DNA of 64,000 nt. It comes from an archaeon. GTDB taxonomy: Archaea; EX4484-52; WAPT01. The notes under the pieces are model-generated. The model had not been told where the DNA came from. It ran no database searches and worked only from the letters and a program-made list of their open reading frames with translations. Made by a program: the position numbers and the translations under genes. Every line of letters starts with the position of its first letter. The stretch's first letter is position 1. Of this stretch, positions 21,226 to 30,062 are shown one piece after another. The DNA is taken from the NCBI GenBank assembly GCA_029258795.1, contig JAPDKB010000002.1, positions 1-64,000 of the forward strand. The letters run 5' to 3'.

Positions 21226-22176
21226 TTGATGAGATTAAAATTGCGGAGAACTGATAGAAAACGAGTTGTTTTCATAATGATTACTGCGATCATTCTATTG
21301 ATTCTTAACTCTGCAGCATCACATGCCATAAGTTTGGGTGATGTGCCTCCCTCAACTACGCAGATATTTCTCTCCCCCGGAGAAACAGCAAAAATAAAGC
21401 TGGGATTCTTTAACCCGGGAGAGGAAGACATATCAGTGAGTTTGAGCTATGATGGACAGATAGAATCCACAGGCGGCATCCCTGATTTGAGAGTGTATCT
21501 TCAATCTAAAAGCGGGAGTGAGTTGAGCTCTTTCGTGCTTCCCGGAGGTACAGCAACTACCACTCCATCTTCCGGCAAGGACTGGGTTCTCATGCCTGAT
21601 GGCAAAACGTATGTTGAGTTGAAGCCCGTTTACGTTGTTTTTGATGTGCCATCCAAGTCCATATTTGCCAGAAATAGGTATAAGATTGTGGTTTACGCAA
21701 GAGCGATGAGCATGGAGAGCGCTTCAAGCGAGAATGTGGGCACGATCTACCAGAAAATAGGGCAGGAGAGACAATACACCTTTGATGTAGTAATCAGGAC
21801 ATCAGCAATTTCCTCGGTTGGAGAGGAGAGTAATGAAGCTTACACTGCTGGCGATACAGATTTAACCACCACTGACACCTCCCTTCAGCAGAATTATGAA
21901 ACGGGAGGAGAAGAGCTTACAACCACAACTGAAGAGAATGGTGGGGAAGGCGAGTTAACGAGTAAGGGTGGAGGAAATGAGGAGGAAATAAGTGAGGAAG
22001 GGAGTGGGGAAACACAAGAGGTATTTGAAAATCCAACAATAGGGGGTGAGAAAACGGAAAATAGGGAGAGAGGTGTCACAGGTTTGCTTACTGCAAGCAA
22101 ATCCAAAATCAACGCACATACAATAATAATAGTTCTTCTTGGGATAGCAGGAATCGCGTTTGTCTGGAAAAGATGA
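21226..22176 (+). CDS. Secreted Ig-fold protein with acidic linker and C-terminal membrane anchor
   Basis: Signal peptide; LSPGETAKIKLGFFNPG beta-sandwich start; E/G/T-rich stalk; C-terminal TM followed by KR. Confidence 0.75.
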   Translation: MMRLKLRRTDRKRVVFIMITAIILLILNSAASHAISLGDVPPSTTQIFLSPGETAKIKLGFFNPGEEDISVSLSYDGQIESTGGIPDLRVYLQSKSGSELSSFVLPGGTATTTPSSGKDWVLMPDGKTYVELKPVYVVFDVPSKSIFARNRYKIVVYARAMSMESASSENVGTIYQKIGQERQYTFDVVIRTSAISSVGEESNEAYTAGDTDLTTTDTSLQQNYETGGEELTTTTEENGGEGELTSKGGGNEEEISEEGSGETQEVFENPTIGGEKTENRERGVTGLLTASKSKINAHTIIIVLLGIAGIAFVWKR

Positions 22177-22181
22177 AAGAA

Positions 22182-22697
22182 TCAGTCCACATATCTCACA
22201 ACTTCGTCAAGCGGTTTTCTTGTTGAGGTTGGCTTTTCTGCAGGGTAACCAACGGTTATTATGGCTACAGGTCTCTCGATGGGGGGAACCCTGACTATAG
22301 ATGCAACTTCCTCTTCGTTAAAAGCTCCAATCCAGCATGTTCCAAGCCCTAGATCATAAGCTCTGAGAAGCATGTTCTGAATGGCTGCTGCAGTGTCCTG
22401 AATTGCGTAGAGCTCTACACCCCTCCTGCCGTAGAACTTATCTATCTCATCTCTATCGAAGGTCACAACAATGGAGACCGGGGCTTCAATTATCTGCTTC
22501 TGCATGTACGAAGCTTTCATCAGCTTTTCTCTTAAATCCCTGTTTCTTACCACGTAGAAGCGCCATGTCTGTGTGTTGCCTGCAGAAGGAGCCCATATCG
22601 CAGCTTCAAGAATTTCTCGGATTTTTTCATCTTCCACCTCTTTCTGTTCGTACTTCCTTATACTCCTCCTTCCCATTATTGCGTCTTTGACCTCCAT
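22182..22697 (-). CDS. Nitroreductase family protein
   Basis: RRSIRKY, APSAGNTQ and GLGTCWIG motifs. Confidence 0.95.
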   Translation of the reverse strand: MEVKDAIMGRRSIRKYEQKEVEDEKIREILEAAIWAPSAGNTQTWRFYVVRNRDLREKLMKASYMQKQIIEAPVSIVVTFDRDEIDKFYGRRGVELYAIQDTAAAIQNMLLRAYDLGLGTCWIGAFNEEEVASIVRVPPIERPVAIITVGYPAEKPTSTRKPLDEVVRYVD

Positions 22698-22730
22698 AAA
22701 GTGAGGTTACACATCCAACCTATATATAAT

Positions 22731-23681
22731 TTACTCTTCCTCCGGATACCTATCACACCTCAGCAGCTTTTTCATCGGGAACATCTTGGTGCTTAAATAC
22801 TTGAAGCCCATATCCGGAAATATGACTGCCACTCTTGCATTTTTATTTCTTGCAATTTCCCTTGCAACGTGAAGTGCTGCCCCACTCGACATACCCACCA
22901 GCAAACCGTTTGTTCTTGCAAGCCATCTTGCTGATTCGTAAGCATCCTCTTCATTCACATAAACAACATCGTCAATCACACTTTCGTCCAGAATCCGTGG
23001 CTTGAAACACCTCTTCAGGTTTCTCAAGCCCTGGATGTTACTGTCATCATCCGGCTCGACACCCACCACCTTTATTTCAGGATTCTTTTCCTTCAAAAAT
23101 TTTCCAACGCCCGTTATCGTTCCTCCAGTTCCTACACCAGCCACAAAGTGAGTTATCTTTCCATCCATCTGATGCCAGATTTCTGGAGCGGTGGTTTCAT
23201 AATGGGCCTTAATGTTAGCTTCATTGCTGTACTGGTCCAGCCATACGAACTTCTCCGGCATTTTTTCCACAAGATTTTTTATGTATTCAAACGCTCCGTC
23301 AGTCCCTTTCTCAGCAGGAGTCAACACAACCTCACAGCCAAGTGCCATCAATATTTTTCTCCTCTCCACAGACACGGATTCGGGCATTGCCACCAGAACT
23401 CTGTAGCCCTTAACAGCCGCAACCACCCCAATCCCTATCCCCATGTTTCCGGAAGTTGCCTCCACTATTATTTTATCCTTGGTTAACAACCCTTTTTTCT
23501 CCGCCTCCTCCACCATATAAAGCGCGGCTCTATCCTTAACCGAACCGCCGGGATTCATACCCTCCAGCTTGGCCCAAATTTCACCATAACTTTCATCCAT
23601 CTTTATTTTGACCATCGGCGTCTCTCCTATCAGCTCCAGAGTTGATGCTGCCACTTTCATGTTAACATTCACCTCCTCCAT
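22731..23681 (-). CDS. cysK: Cysteine synthase (O-acetylserine sulfhydrylase family, PLP-dependent)
   Basis: NPGGSVKDR (PLP lysine), ATSGN and GVGTGGT motifs. CysK versus CysM cannot be resolved by eye. Confidence 0.9.
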   Translation of the reverse strand: MEEVNVNMKVAASTLELIGETPMVKIKMDESYGEIWAKLEGMNPGGSVKDRAALYMVEEAEKKGLLTKDKIIVEATSGNMGIGIGVVAAVKGYRVLVAMPESVSVERRKILMALGCEVVLTPAEKGTDGAFEYIKNLVEKMPEKFVWLDQYSNEANIKAHYETTAPEIWHQMDGKITHFVAGVGTGGTITGVGKFLKEKNPEIKVVGVEPDDDSNIQGLRNLKRCFKPRILDESVIDDVVYVNEEDAYESARWLARTNGLLVGMSSGAALHVAREIARNKNARVAVIFPDMGFKYLSTKMFPMKKLLRCDRYPEEE

Positions 23682-23798
23682 CGTTTTGCAGAAAAGAGCG
23701 GAAACTTATAATTACATCTTTAGAAGAATTCAGGACAAACAGCGCCACCCTTCATCATGGCTTTAATAACATCGTTATATCTTTATAAAAGTTTTCAT

Positions 23799-24407
23799 TC
23801 AGCGCTTTTCAGCAATGAGAAGGTAGGACTTTCTGTTGAGGATATCCCGTCTCACTTCCAGAACTTTAACTATTCTGAAATCGCGGAAAAGATCGAGAAG
23901 CTTGTTCTTTGTGAAGCGGTGGAGGTGGAGATGTCTTGAGGAGACCCATTTTTTGGTGGAGAGAAATAGGAGAAGTGAATCAAAGAGGAAGATGGAAGAG
24001 CCCCTGAACAGCTCTTTTGGGACAAGGATGTAAACTCTACCTCCTTTCTTCAAAATTCTTTTCATTTCCACCACGCAGTTTTCCGGTTGAGGTAAGTGTT
24101 CCAGCAGGTGGGAGCACACGACGCAATCAAACGCTTCTGACTTGAATGGTAGCGTTTGCCCATCACCTTTTATAAAAAGAAAATCGTGCCCGTTGTATGT
24201 ATTCCCTATATCTATGCCAACCAGTTCATTTGCTTTGTTTTTTTCCTGAACCAGTTTTATCACTCTACTATTACCACACCCTATGTCGAGAAGTATTTCA
24301 CACCTTTTTATGATTCTTGTCAAGAAATCGATGTCCAGAGCCATCAGCTTTTTATCTCTCAACATGTCTTTTATGCGGAACATTCCGTTTTCGTACGGGA
24401 TTCCCAT
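23799..24407 (-). CDS. Class I SAM-dependent methyltransferase
   Basis: LLDIGCG, LPF..EAFD and LEHL..P motifs. Start moved to 24407 because the longer ORF overlaps tRNA-Trp. Confidence 0.85.
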   Translation of the reverse strand: MGIPYENGMFRIKDMLRDKKLMALDIDFLTRIIKRCEILLDIGCGNSRVIKLVQEKNKANELVGIDIGNTYNGHDFLFIKGDGQTLPFKSEAFDCVVCSHLLEHLPQPENCVVEMKRILKKGGRVYILVPKELFRGSSIFLFDSLLLFLSTKKWVSSRHLHLHRFTKNKLLDLFRDFRIVKVLEVRRDILNRKSYLLIAEKR

Positions 24408-24473
24408 AGTTTTCCAAATGTCCGTTGAAAACTTTAAAAACCATGACCTCAAATAATTATTGTTCTCTACGGT

Positions 24474-24647
24474 GGGGGCGTGGTGTAGTGGCATCACGGT
24501 GGGCTCCAGACGCAAGCTGGAGCGCTGACGCAAGGATGATCTGCGGTGGGTGTGTCAAGCTGGGAGACACCCACTGACCGGGGTTCGATGGCCGCTTTCA
24601 ACTCGTGCACGCAGATTTTGCGGCCGGAAATCCCTGCGCCCCCACCA
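24474..24647 (+). tRNA. tRNA-Trp(CCA) with two introns: 37/38 (24510-24568) and 59/60 (24590-24630); CCA encoded
   Basis: Acceptor GGGGGCG/CGCCCCC; anticodon stem GTGGG/CCCAC; T stem CGGGG/CCCTG. Both junctions form bulge-helix-bulge motifs. Confidence 0.92.
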
Positions 24648-24674
24648 CATTTTTATTTTTACAAGCAGAGGGAG

Positions 24675-24836
24675 GTGCCGAAGGTGCTTGATGAGATTCT
24701 TGCAAATCTGGAGAAGAACAGGAGGAATCTAACGATAAAAGAGAAAGCTCTGCTTGACATGCTTGAAAGCGTGAGGCAGAGAGATGAAGAAGCTAAAAAA
24801 GCAGGGAGGGACAGTTTTAAGAGGCCGCTGGAGTGA
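24675..24836 (+). CDS. Small hypothetical helical protein or gene fragment (53 aa)
   Basis: GTG start preceded by a purine-rich stretch; charged helical composition typical of this genome. Confidence 0.35.
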   Translation: MPKVLDEILANLEKNRRNLTIKEKALLDMLESVRQRDEEAKKAGRDSFKRPLE

Positions 24837-24885
24837 GGGGTTTGGGTGTGAATAAAACAACAGAGTTTCTTCGAAAATTTTAAAT

Positions 24886-24919
24886 ATTATTATCATAAAA
24901 ATTATTATCATGATAATAA
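24886..24919. promoter_or_regulatory. Putative operator: 18-bp palindrome TTATTATCATGATAATAA over the start codon plus an upstream half-site repeat
   Basis: Palindrome 24902-24919; ATTATTATCAT occurs at both 24886 and 24901. Confidence 0.5.
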
Positions 24920-26319
24920 AATTCTACAACAGGAAAAAAGAGCTCGAACTCCTGAAAAAAGTGAGGAGACCTTTTTTAGCGGTAATCTACGGAAGGAGAA
25001 GAATTGGCAAAACAAGACTCGTCCTTGAATTTGTGAAAGACGATAATTATGTGTATTTCTTTGTCAATCCCAGAAAATCCGAAGTCATGCTTATTGAAGA
25101 ATTTTCAAATCTTTTGAAAGAGAAGATGAACATACCCGATTATGTTTCTCCAACTTTCTGGGAAGAGTTCTTTGATCTGCTGTTTGAGTATGATGGCGTC
25201 GTGATTTTTGATGAATTTCAGTGGTTTCTGGAAGTCGGACGGGAAGTGCCGTACATTTTACAGAAGTTCTGGGATGTGAGAGACAAAAAGCCCACGATCA
25301 TAATTACGGGCTCAATCGTTGGCATGCTGAAAAAGCTCTTCGTGGAGGAGGGAGCACCACTTTTCAAAAGAGCAGAAGTGATTATGAACTTGAAACCTCT
25401 GGATATCGGAACGATTTTCACGATGCTTGGGGATATGGGAATCAGAGATATCGAGGAAAAGTTCAAGATTTACATGATCTTCGGCGGTGTACCTTATTAT
25501 TATGCTCTAATCAATAAATATGGTGCGAGGGATGTTGAGAACATAATAAAGGAACTGATAGTTGAAGAGAACGCACCGCTGAGAAGAGAGGTTGAGGATG
25601 TAATTGTGGAATCCTTCAAGAGGGAATACAAAACCTATCTTGCCATCCTTTATGCGATAGCTGAAGGAAAGACGAAGTTCGAGGAGATAGCATCCGTTGC
25701 GGGCGTAAAGGTCACGTCTCTCCCTGCATACCTCAATGACCTCATGAATATGCTCGATCTCATAGAAAGACAACCAGTCGGATTCAAAAAAAGACATATT
25801 TATCTGATTAAGGACAGGTTCCACAATTTCTGGCTGAGATACATCTACAAGTACTCGAGTATTTCGAGCAGCGAGCGGCTTTTTGAGTTGATAATGGAGA
25901 CGATAAACTACTTTTACGGGTGGAGTTTTGAGGTGACCTGCAGGGAGATCACACCTCTGCTGTTTCCACAGATGGAAAATATAATGCGATATCACGGCTA
26001 CCTCAGAAGGAAAGGTAAGCGTGAGGTGTTCGAGATAGACATCGTTGCCCTCAACGAACAAACTAAAGAAATCCTCTTCGCAGAATGCAAATGGCAGGAT
26101 GGTGTTGACGCGGGCAAAGTTGTTGAGGAGCTTGCTGAGAAAGCAAGGCATGTTGAATGGCACAACGATGAGAGAAAGGAAAGCTTTGCTGTGTTTGCGA
26201 AGAGCTTCAGCAAGAGAATTGATGAGTTTGAGGAGAAGAAAGTTTATTGTTTTGACCTGGAGGATATGGAGAGGGTGATCAAAGCGAATTCTGCTCGATA
26301 CGGGCTTCAAAAGGTGTGA
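24910..26319 (+). CDS. Archaeal ATPase (ATPase_2 type) with wHTH and C-terminal DUF234-type PD-(D/E)xK domain
   Basis: FYNRKKEL, YGRRRIGKT, VIFDEFQ, GGVPYY and EIDIV...AECKW motifs. Confidence 0.9.
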   Translation: MIIKFYNRKKELELLKKVRRPFLAVIYGRRRIGKTRLVLEFVKDDNYVYFFVNPRKSEVMLIEEFSNLLKEKMNIPDYVSPTFWEEFFDLLFEYDGVVIFDEFQWFLEVGREVPYILQKFWDVRDKKPTIIITGSIVGMLKKLFVEEGAPLFKRAEVIMNLKPLDIGTIFTMLGDMGIRDIEEKFKIYMIFGGVPYYYALINKYGARDVENIIKELIVEENAPLRREVEDVIVESFKREYKTYLAILYAIAEGKTKFEEIASVAGVKVTSLPAYLNDLMNMLDLIERQPVGFKKRHIYLIKDRFHNFWLRYIYKYSSISSSERLFELIMETINYFYGWSFEVTCREITPLLFPQMENIMRYHGYLRRKGKREVFEIDIVALNEQTKEILFAECKWQDGVDAGKVVEELAEKARHVEWHNDERKESFAVFAKSFSKRIDEFEEKKVYCFDLEDMERVIKANSARYGLQKV

Positions 26320-26348
26320 TGCAATGATTTTTAAATTTTCGGATTTAC

Positions 26349-27788
26349 ATGATAATCATGCAAAAGATAAAGTTTGTGGACAGGGAGCAGGAGCTTGAGT
26401 GGCTTGAGAACATCTATCGAAGGAAGGGCTTCAAACTTGTCGTTATCTTCGGGAGGAGAAGGGTCGGTAAGACTGAGCTCTTGAAGGAATTCCAGAAAGA
26501 CAAGAAACACATCTATTACCTATGCGATAAAGGAGGAACCGTAAAAAACGCGAGAGAATTCGCCAGAATAGCAAGCGTATTTTTTAACGATGTCCCACCA
26601 TCGGTTGAGAGGGGATTCGAGGATGTGTTCGAATACATAAAACGCCGAATCCAACCGGATGAGAAGATTGTAATCACAATTGACGAGTTTCCGTATCTGG
26701 TCGAGAAAGACCCCGCCATTCCCTCGATTTTTCAAAAAGTGGTGGACGAGATACTTAATGACACAGAGGTTATGCTCATCCTGTGCGGATCTTCGATGGG
26801 TATGATGTACGAGCACACTATAAGCTCCAAGTCTCCGCTGTACGGAAGAAAGAGCGGAATGTGGGAGGTGAGGCCGTTCTCATTTTTAGACGTCTGCAAA
26901 TTTTTCGAGAGACTCCCTTTTCATAAAGTTGTCGAGATATATTCGGTTTTCGGCAACATACCTGCATATCTCAAGGAGGTTGACTCCTCACTGACCTTGG
27001 AGGATAACATAAAACAAAAGATAATGCAAAAAGGCTCCCCGCTCTACAGAGAGCCCGAAATTCTGCTTCTGGAGGAGTTCAGAGACCCATCGCCATACCA
27101 GAACATACTTGAAGCCATGACCCGTGAGGCATCACTGAGCAAGATCGCATCGAGGGCTGGAATAGAGGCCAAGGACATGCCCAAGTATCTCAGCAAGCTG
27201 ATGCAGCTCTCGCTGATAAGAAAAGAGCTGCCGGTCACCCAAAGAAAGGGCAAGAAAACCCTGTATTTCGTAGAGGACAATCTATTTTACTTCTGGTTCA
27301 GGTTCTGCAGCAGGAATCTCTCATACCTTGAGGAGGGGAAGGAGGAGTTCGTATTCAAGGAATATGTGAGCGGGGAACTGCACAGGGTCGTAGGCATGGT
27401 GTTTGAGAGAGTCTGCAGGGAACTTATCCCTGTAGTATTTCCCAAGGCATGGGACAGGATTGGAAGATGGTGGGGATTCAGGAGAAACGAAAGTGGAGGA
27501 AGAGTGATCGAAGAGATCGACGTCGTAGCATTAAACGATCAAACTAAAGAAATCCTCTTCGCAGAATGCAAATGGCAGGATAATGTTGATGCGAGGAAGG
27601 TTGTTGAGGAGCTTGCTGAGAAAGCTCAGCATGTTGAATGGAACAACAATGAAAGAAAGGAGAGCTTTGCTGTATTTGCGAAGAGCTTCAGCAAAAGGAT
27701 TGATGAGTTTGAGGGGAAGGAAGTTTATTGTTTTGACATGGAGGATATGGAGAGGATTGTGATGGACGCTTCTCATCAGGAGAGCTGA
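26349..27788 (+). CDS. Archaeal ATPase (ATPase_2 type) with DUF234-type domain, paralog of the preceding gene
   Basis: FVDREQEL, FGRRRVGKT, IDEFPYL, GRWW and EIDVV...AECKW motifs. Confidence 0.9.
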   Translation: MIIMQKIKFVDREQELEWLENIYRRKGFKLVVIFGRRRVGKTELLKEFQKDKKHIYYLCDKGGTVKNAREFARIASVFFNDVPPSVERGFEDVFEYIKRRIQPDEKIVITIDEFPYLVEKDPAIPSIFQKVVDEILNDTEVMLILCGSSMGMMYEHTISSKSPLYGRKSGMWEVRPFSFLDVCKFFERLPFHKVVEIYSVFGNIPAYLKEVDSSLTLEDNIKQKIMQKGSPLYREPEILLLEEFRDPSPYQNILEAMTREASLSKIASRAGIEAKDMPKYLSKLMQLSLIRKELPVTQRKGKKTLYFVEDNLFYFWFRFCSRNLSYLEEGKEEFVFKEYVSGELHRVVGMVFERVCRELIPVVFPKAWDRIGRWWGFRRNESGGRVIEEIDVVALNDQTKEILFAECKWQDNVDARKVVEELAEKAQHVEWNNNERKESFAVFAKSFSKRIDEFEGKEVYCFDMEDMERIVMDASHQES

Positions 27789-29047
27789 TTGGCGAACAAC
27801 ACTTTCATTATCGGCACAAGTTTTATCATGCGGTCATCGAATTTCATCTCCTTTTCTGGTCCGCTGTAAATCACGTATCCGAGCTTGGTGGAGAACTTTC
27901 TCATGAAATAGAGAAGGGGTTTCAAATCCCCTTTCTTGAGTGTATCCTTTGCTTTCACCTCAATTGGGATGATATCGTCACCATCCACCTTGAGAAAATC
28001 CACCTCCTTGGAGCCATGCCTCCAGTACTTATCGAGAGCAAGAGATGCCATTACGAGGTTTTCAAAGATGCTACCTGCTTTTATAGAGGGATTGTATGGA
28101 TACGCGAGAGAGGGGTGGTAAGGATAGATTTTTCTCATCTTTCTTGATTCCGCACGAACTGACGGTCTGAAGTTTGTTACCGATTTCACTACCTTTCCGA
28201 ACTCCAAGTAGGAGATGTGTCTGCTGAGGGTCTGCTTGTGCACCCCCAAATCCTTTGCCAGTTCCGTCAAGTTCAGGATCGTCCCAACATCCCGCATGAA
28301 TATGTTCAGGAGTGTCATCAAAAGTTTGAGGTTGATCCCTTCAAAACTCTGAGGGATGTCGGACTTCACGATTTTCTCCACCACCAGTTCCCTTATGTAC
28401 TCGTTTATCCTCCTTTTGTCGCTCCATTTCACTATCTCCGGAAACGGTCGCCTCACGTAATCATCAAATATGGCTTTCAGTCTGGAGTGATAAAGCTCGT
28501 AGCTCTCCACGGGTCTGTTGTAGTAAAGCTCCGCAAATTCCTGAAGCGTGAGCGGCTTCACCTCAACGGAGAAGAATCGGCCTGCGAGATCTTTGAGTGC
28601 ATCCCTCCACAGCCCGATGTTGGCTGAGCCGGAGACGCATAGCTTGACGTTCGGCAGAGAGTCGTAGAGAAGCTTTATTTTTGAACTCCACCCCTCAAGT
28701 TTGTGTATTTCATCCAGAAAGATGTAAACTCTCTCGCGTTTCCAGTTAACTTTGGTCATGACCTCATATTCTTCCAGAATTCTGAGGGGATCCTCAATTC
28801 TTTCATCAAAGGAAAAGTAGAGTATGTTTTTATGGTTCACATCCCTTTTCAGAAGCTCTTCTATAAGCTGGTACATCAGTGTGGTTTTGCCCACCCTCCT
28901 CAAACCTGAGATGAGAATTATCTGGCGGTAATTGAAAAACAGATTCTCAAGTTCGTGAAACACCTTTCTTCTGTATGGCTTGGCCTTCTCGTTTGATATT
29001 GACCCATCCACCCACCACTCATTCAGCATCTCCAAAATCTCTCGCAT
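27776..29047 (-). CDS. AAA_14 / DUF4143 family ATPase
   Basis: GLRRVGKTT, FLDEIH, SGSA, LAGR, FENLV and EVDF...IEVK motifs. Confidence 0.9.
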   Translation of the reverse strand: MREILEMLNEWWVDGSISNEKAKPYRRKVFHELENLFFNYRQIILISGLRRVGKTTLMYQLIEELLKRDVNHKNILYFSFDERIEDPLRILEEYEVMTKVNWKRERVYIFLDEIHKLEGWSSKIKLLYDSLPNVKLCVSGSANIGLWRDALKDLAGRFFSVEVKPLTLQEFAELYYNRPVESYELYHSRLKAIFDDYVRRPFPEIVKWSDKRRINEYIRELVVEKIVKSDIPQSFEGINLKLLMTLLNIFMRDVGTILNLTELAKDLGVHKQTLSRHISYLEFGKVVKSVTNFRPSVRAESRKMRKIYPYHPSLAYPYNPSIKAGSIFENLVMASLALDKYWRHGSKEVDFLKVDGDDIIPIEVKAKDTLKKGDLKPLLYFMRKFSTKLGYVIYSGPEKEMKFDDRMIKLVPIMKVLFANQLS

Positions 29048-29048
29048 A

Positions 29049-29101
29049 TTAGTTCTCTATCAGAACTAAAATTTAAATTTTTGGTTCTGAACGGGAACTA
29101 A
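29049..29101. promoter_or_regulatory. Two inverted-repeat operators flanking an AT-rich promoter of the AAA_14 gene
   Basis: TTAGTTCT-N5-AGAACTAA (29049-29069) and TTGGTTCT-N5-GGAACTAA (29081-29101). Confidence 0.6.
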
Positions 29102-29119
29102 TGTTTTAACTAAAGGGGT

Positions 29120-29265
29120 TATGAGGATCAGCTTGAAAAGAAAAGCTGAAAGTGTGAGATAGAAGAATGAATATTTTTCCGTTTTTGCAAAAAGTTCCAG
29201 CAAAAGAATTGATGAGTCTGAAAAGATAAGAATTTATTGTTCTAGTCTGAGAGATACGGAGGAAA
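29120..29265 (+). pseudogene. Decayed third copy of the ATPase/DUF234 C-terminal tail
   Basis: TTTGCAAAAAGTTCCAGCAAAAGAATTGATGAG...TTTATTGTT aligns with the tails at ~26195 and ~27675 (FAKSFSKRIDE..VYCF). Confidence 0.7.
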
Positions 29266-29393
29266 TCTCTTCTGTGACCATATGTTAAGAAGTTTTTACA
29301 TTTATAGAACTAAAATTGTTGTTTTTTCTGAAGATTTAGGTTTTTGAATACTGTCAGAAAAAATTTATTTTTGAATTAACATAAAAACAACCA

Positions 29394-30062
29394 ATGGGTG
29401 TAAGTTTCCTAGCAAAATTGATTTTATCAGGTGCTCTTAAATTAGACGAAGGTCGCATAAATCTAAAAAATCAGCTAGATTTCTTACTAACTCCGGCACT
29501 TTTTGCTACTCAGATAACAAAATACTTCATATCTCAAGGAAAAGAAGATATACTATATCTTATATCCTGGATAAACGGGTATATTTCTAATTACAAAATA
29601 AAAATGCTGTTTAATTTGGATACTCCCGAAAAAATGTACCGGATTGGGATGGATTTTGGGGAATCTATGGGGATTGGACTTTATAAGACTCATGACTACC
29701 ATCCAGGTAGGTATACACACTTCGTGATACGAACAAATCCTATAGCAGAATTATATGGAAAGTCAGATCGGCCCATTGATTATATAATAGCTGGCGGAAT
29801 GGCTGGAGGCGGATGCTTAGTACACAATGACATATGTCAGAATGTAGAGATAAGATGTAAATCATGCTCTTCTGATGTATGTGAGTTCTTAACTGGGACT
29901 CCTCGAGAACTTAAATCAAGAAATTTATGGAAAGAAGTCCAGGTGCGATACAATTTAAAAGAAATTCTACCCATCCAAAAATATCTTTATGAAGAATACA
30001 ATCCTCAAGAAGAACAAAGAATACTTCAATATGTTTTTGAAGAACTTTCAAAATTAGAATGA
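29394..30062 (+). CDS. V4R (4-vinyl reductase/TRAPP-like) domain protein, AT-rich
   Basis: MGIG, PIDYIIAGGMAGG and VEIRC..CEF V4R-type signature. Confidence 0.7.
   Translation: MGVSFLAKLILSGALKLDEGRINLKNQLDFLLTPALFATQITKYFISQGKEDILYLISWINGYISNYKIKMLFNLDTPEKMYRIGMDFGESMGIGLYKTHDYHPGRYTHFVIRTNPIAELYGKSDRPIDYIIAGGMAGGGCLVHNDICQNVEIRCKSCSSDVCEFLTGTPRELKSRNLWKEVQVRYNLKEILPIQKYLYEEYNPQEEQRILQYVFEELSKLE

Noticed and set aside
24408-24732. N-terminal extension of the methyltransferase and ORFs 24546/24550
   Set aside because: They overlap tRNA-Trp and its introns.
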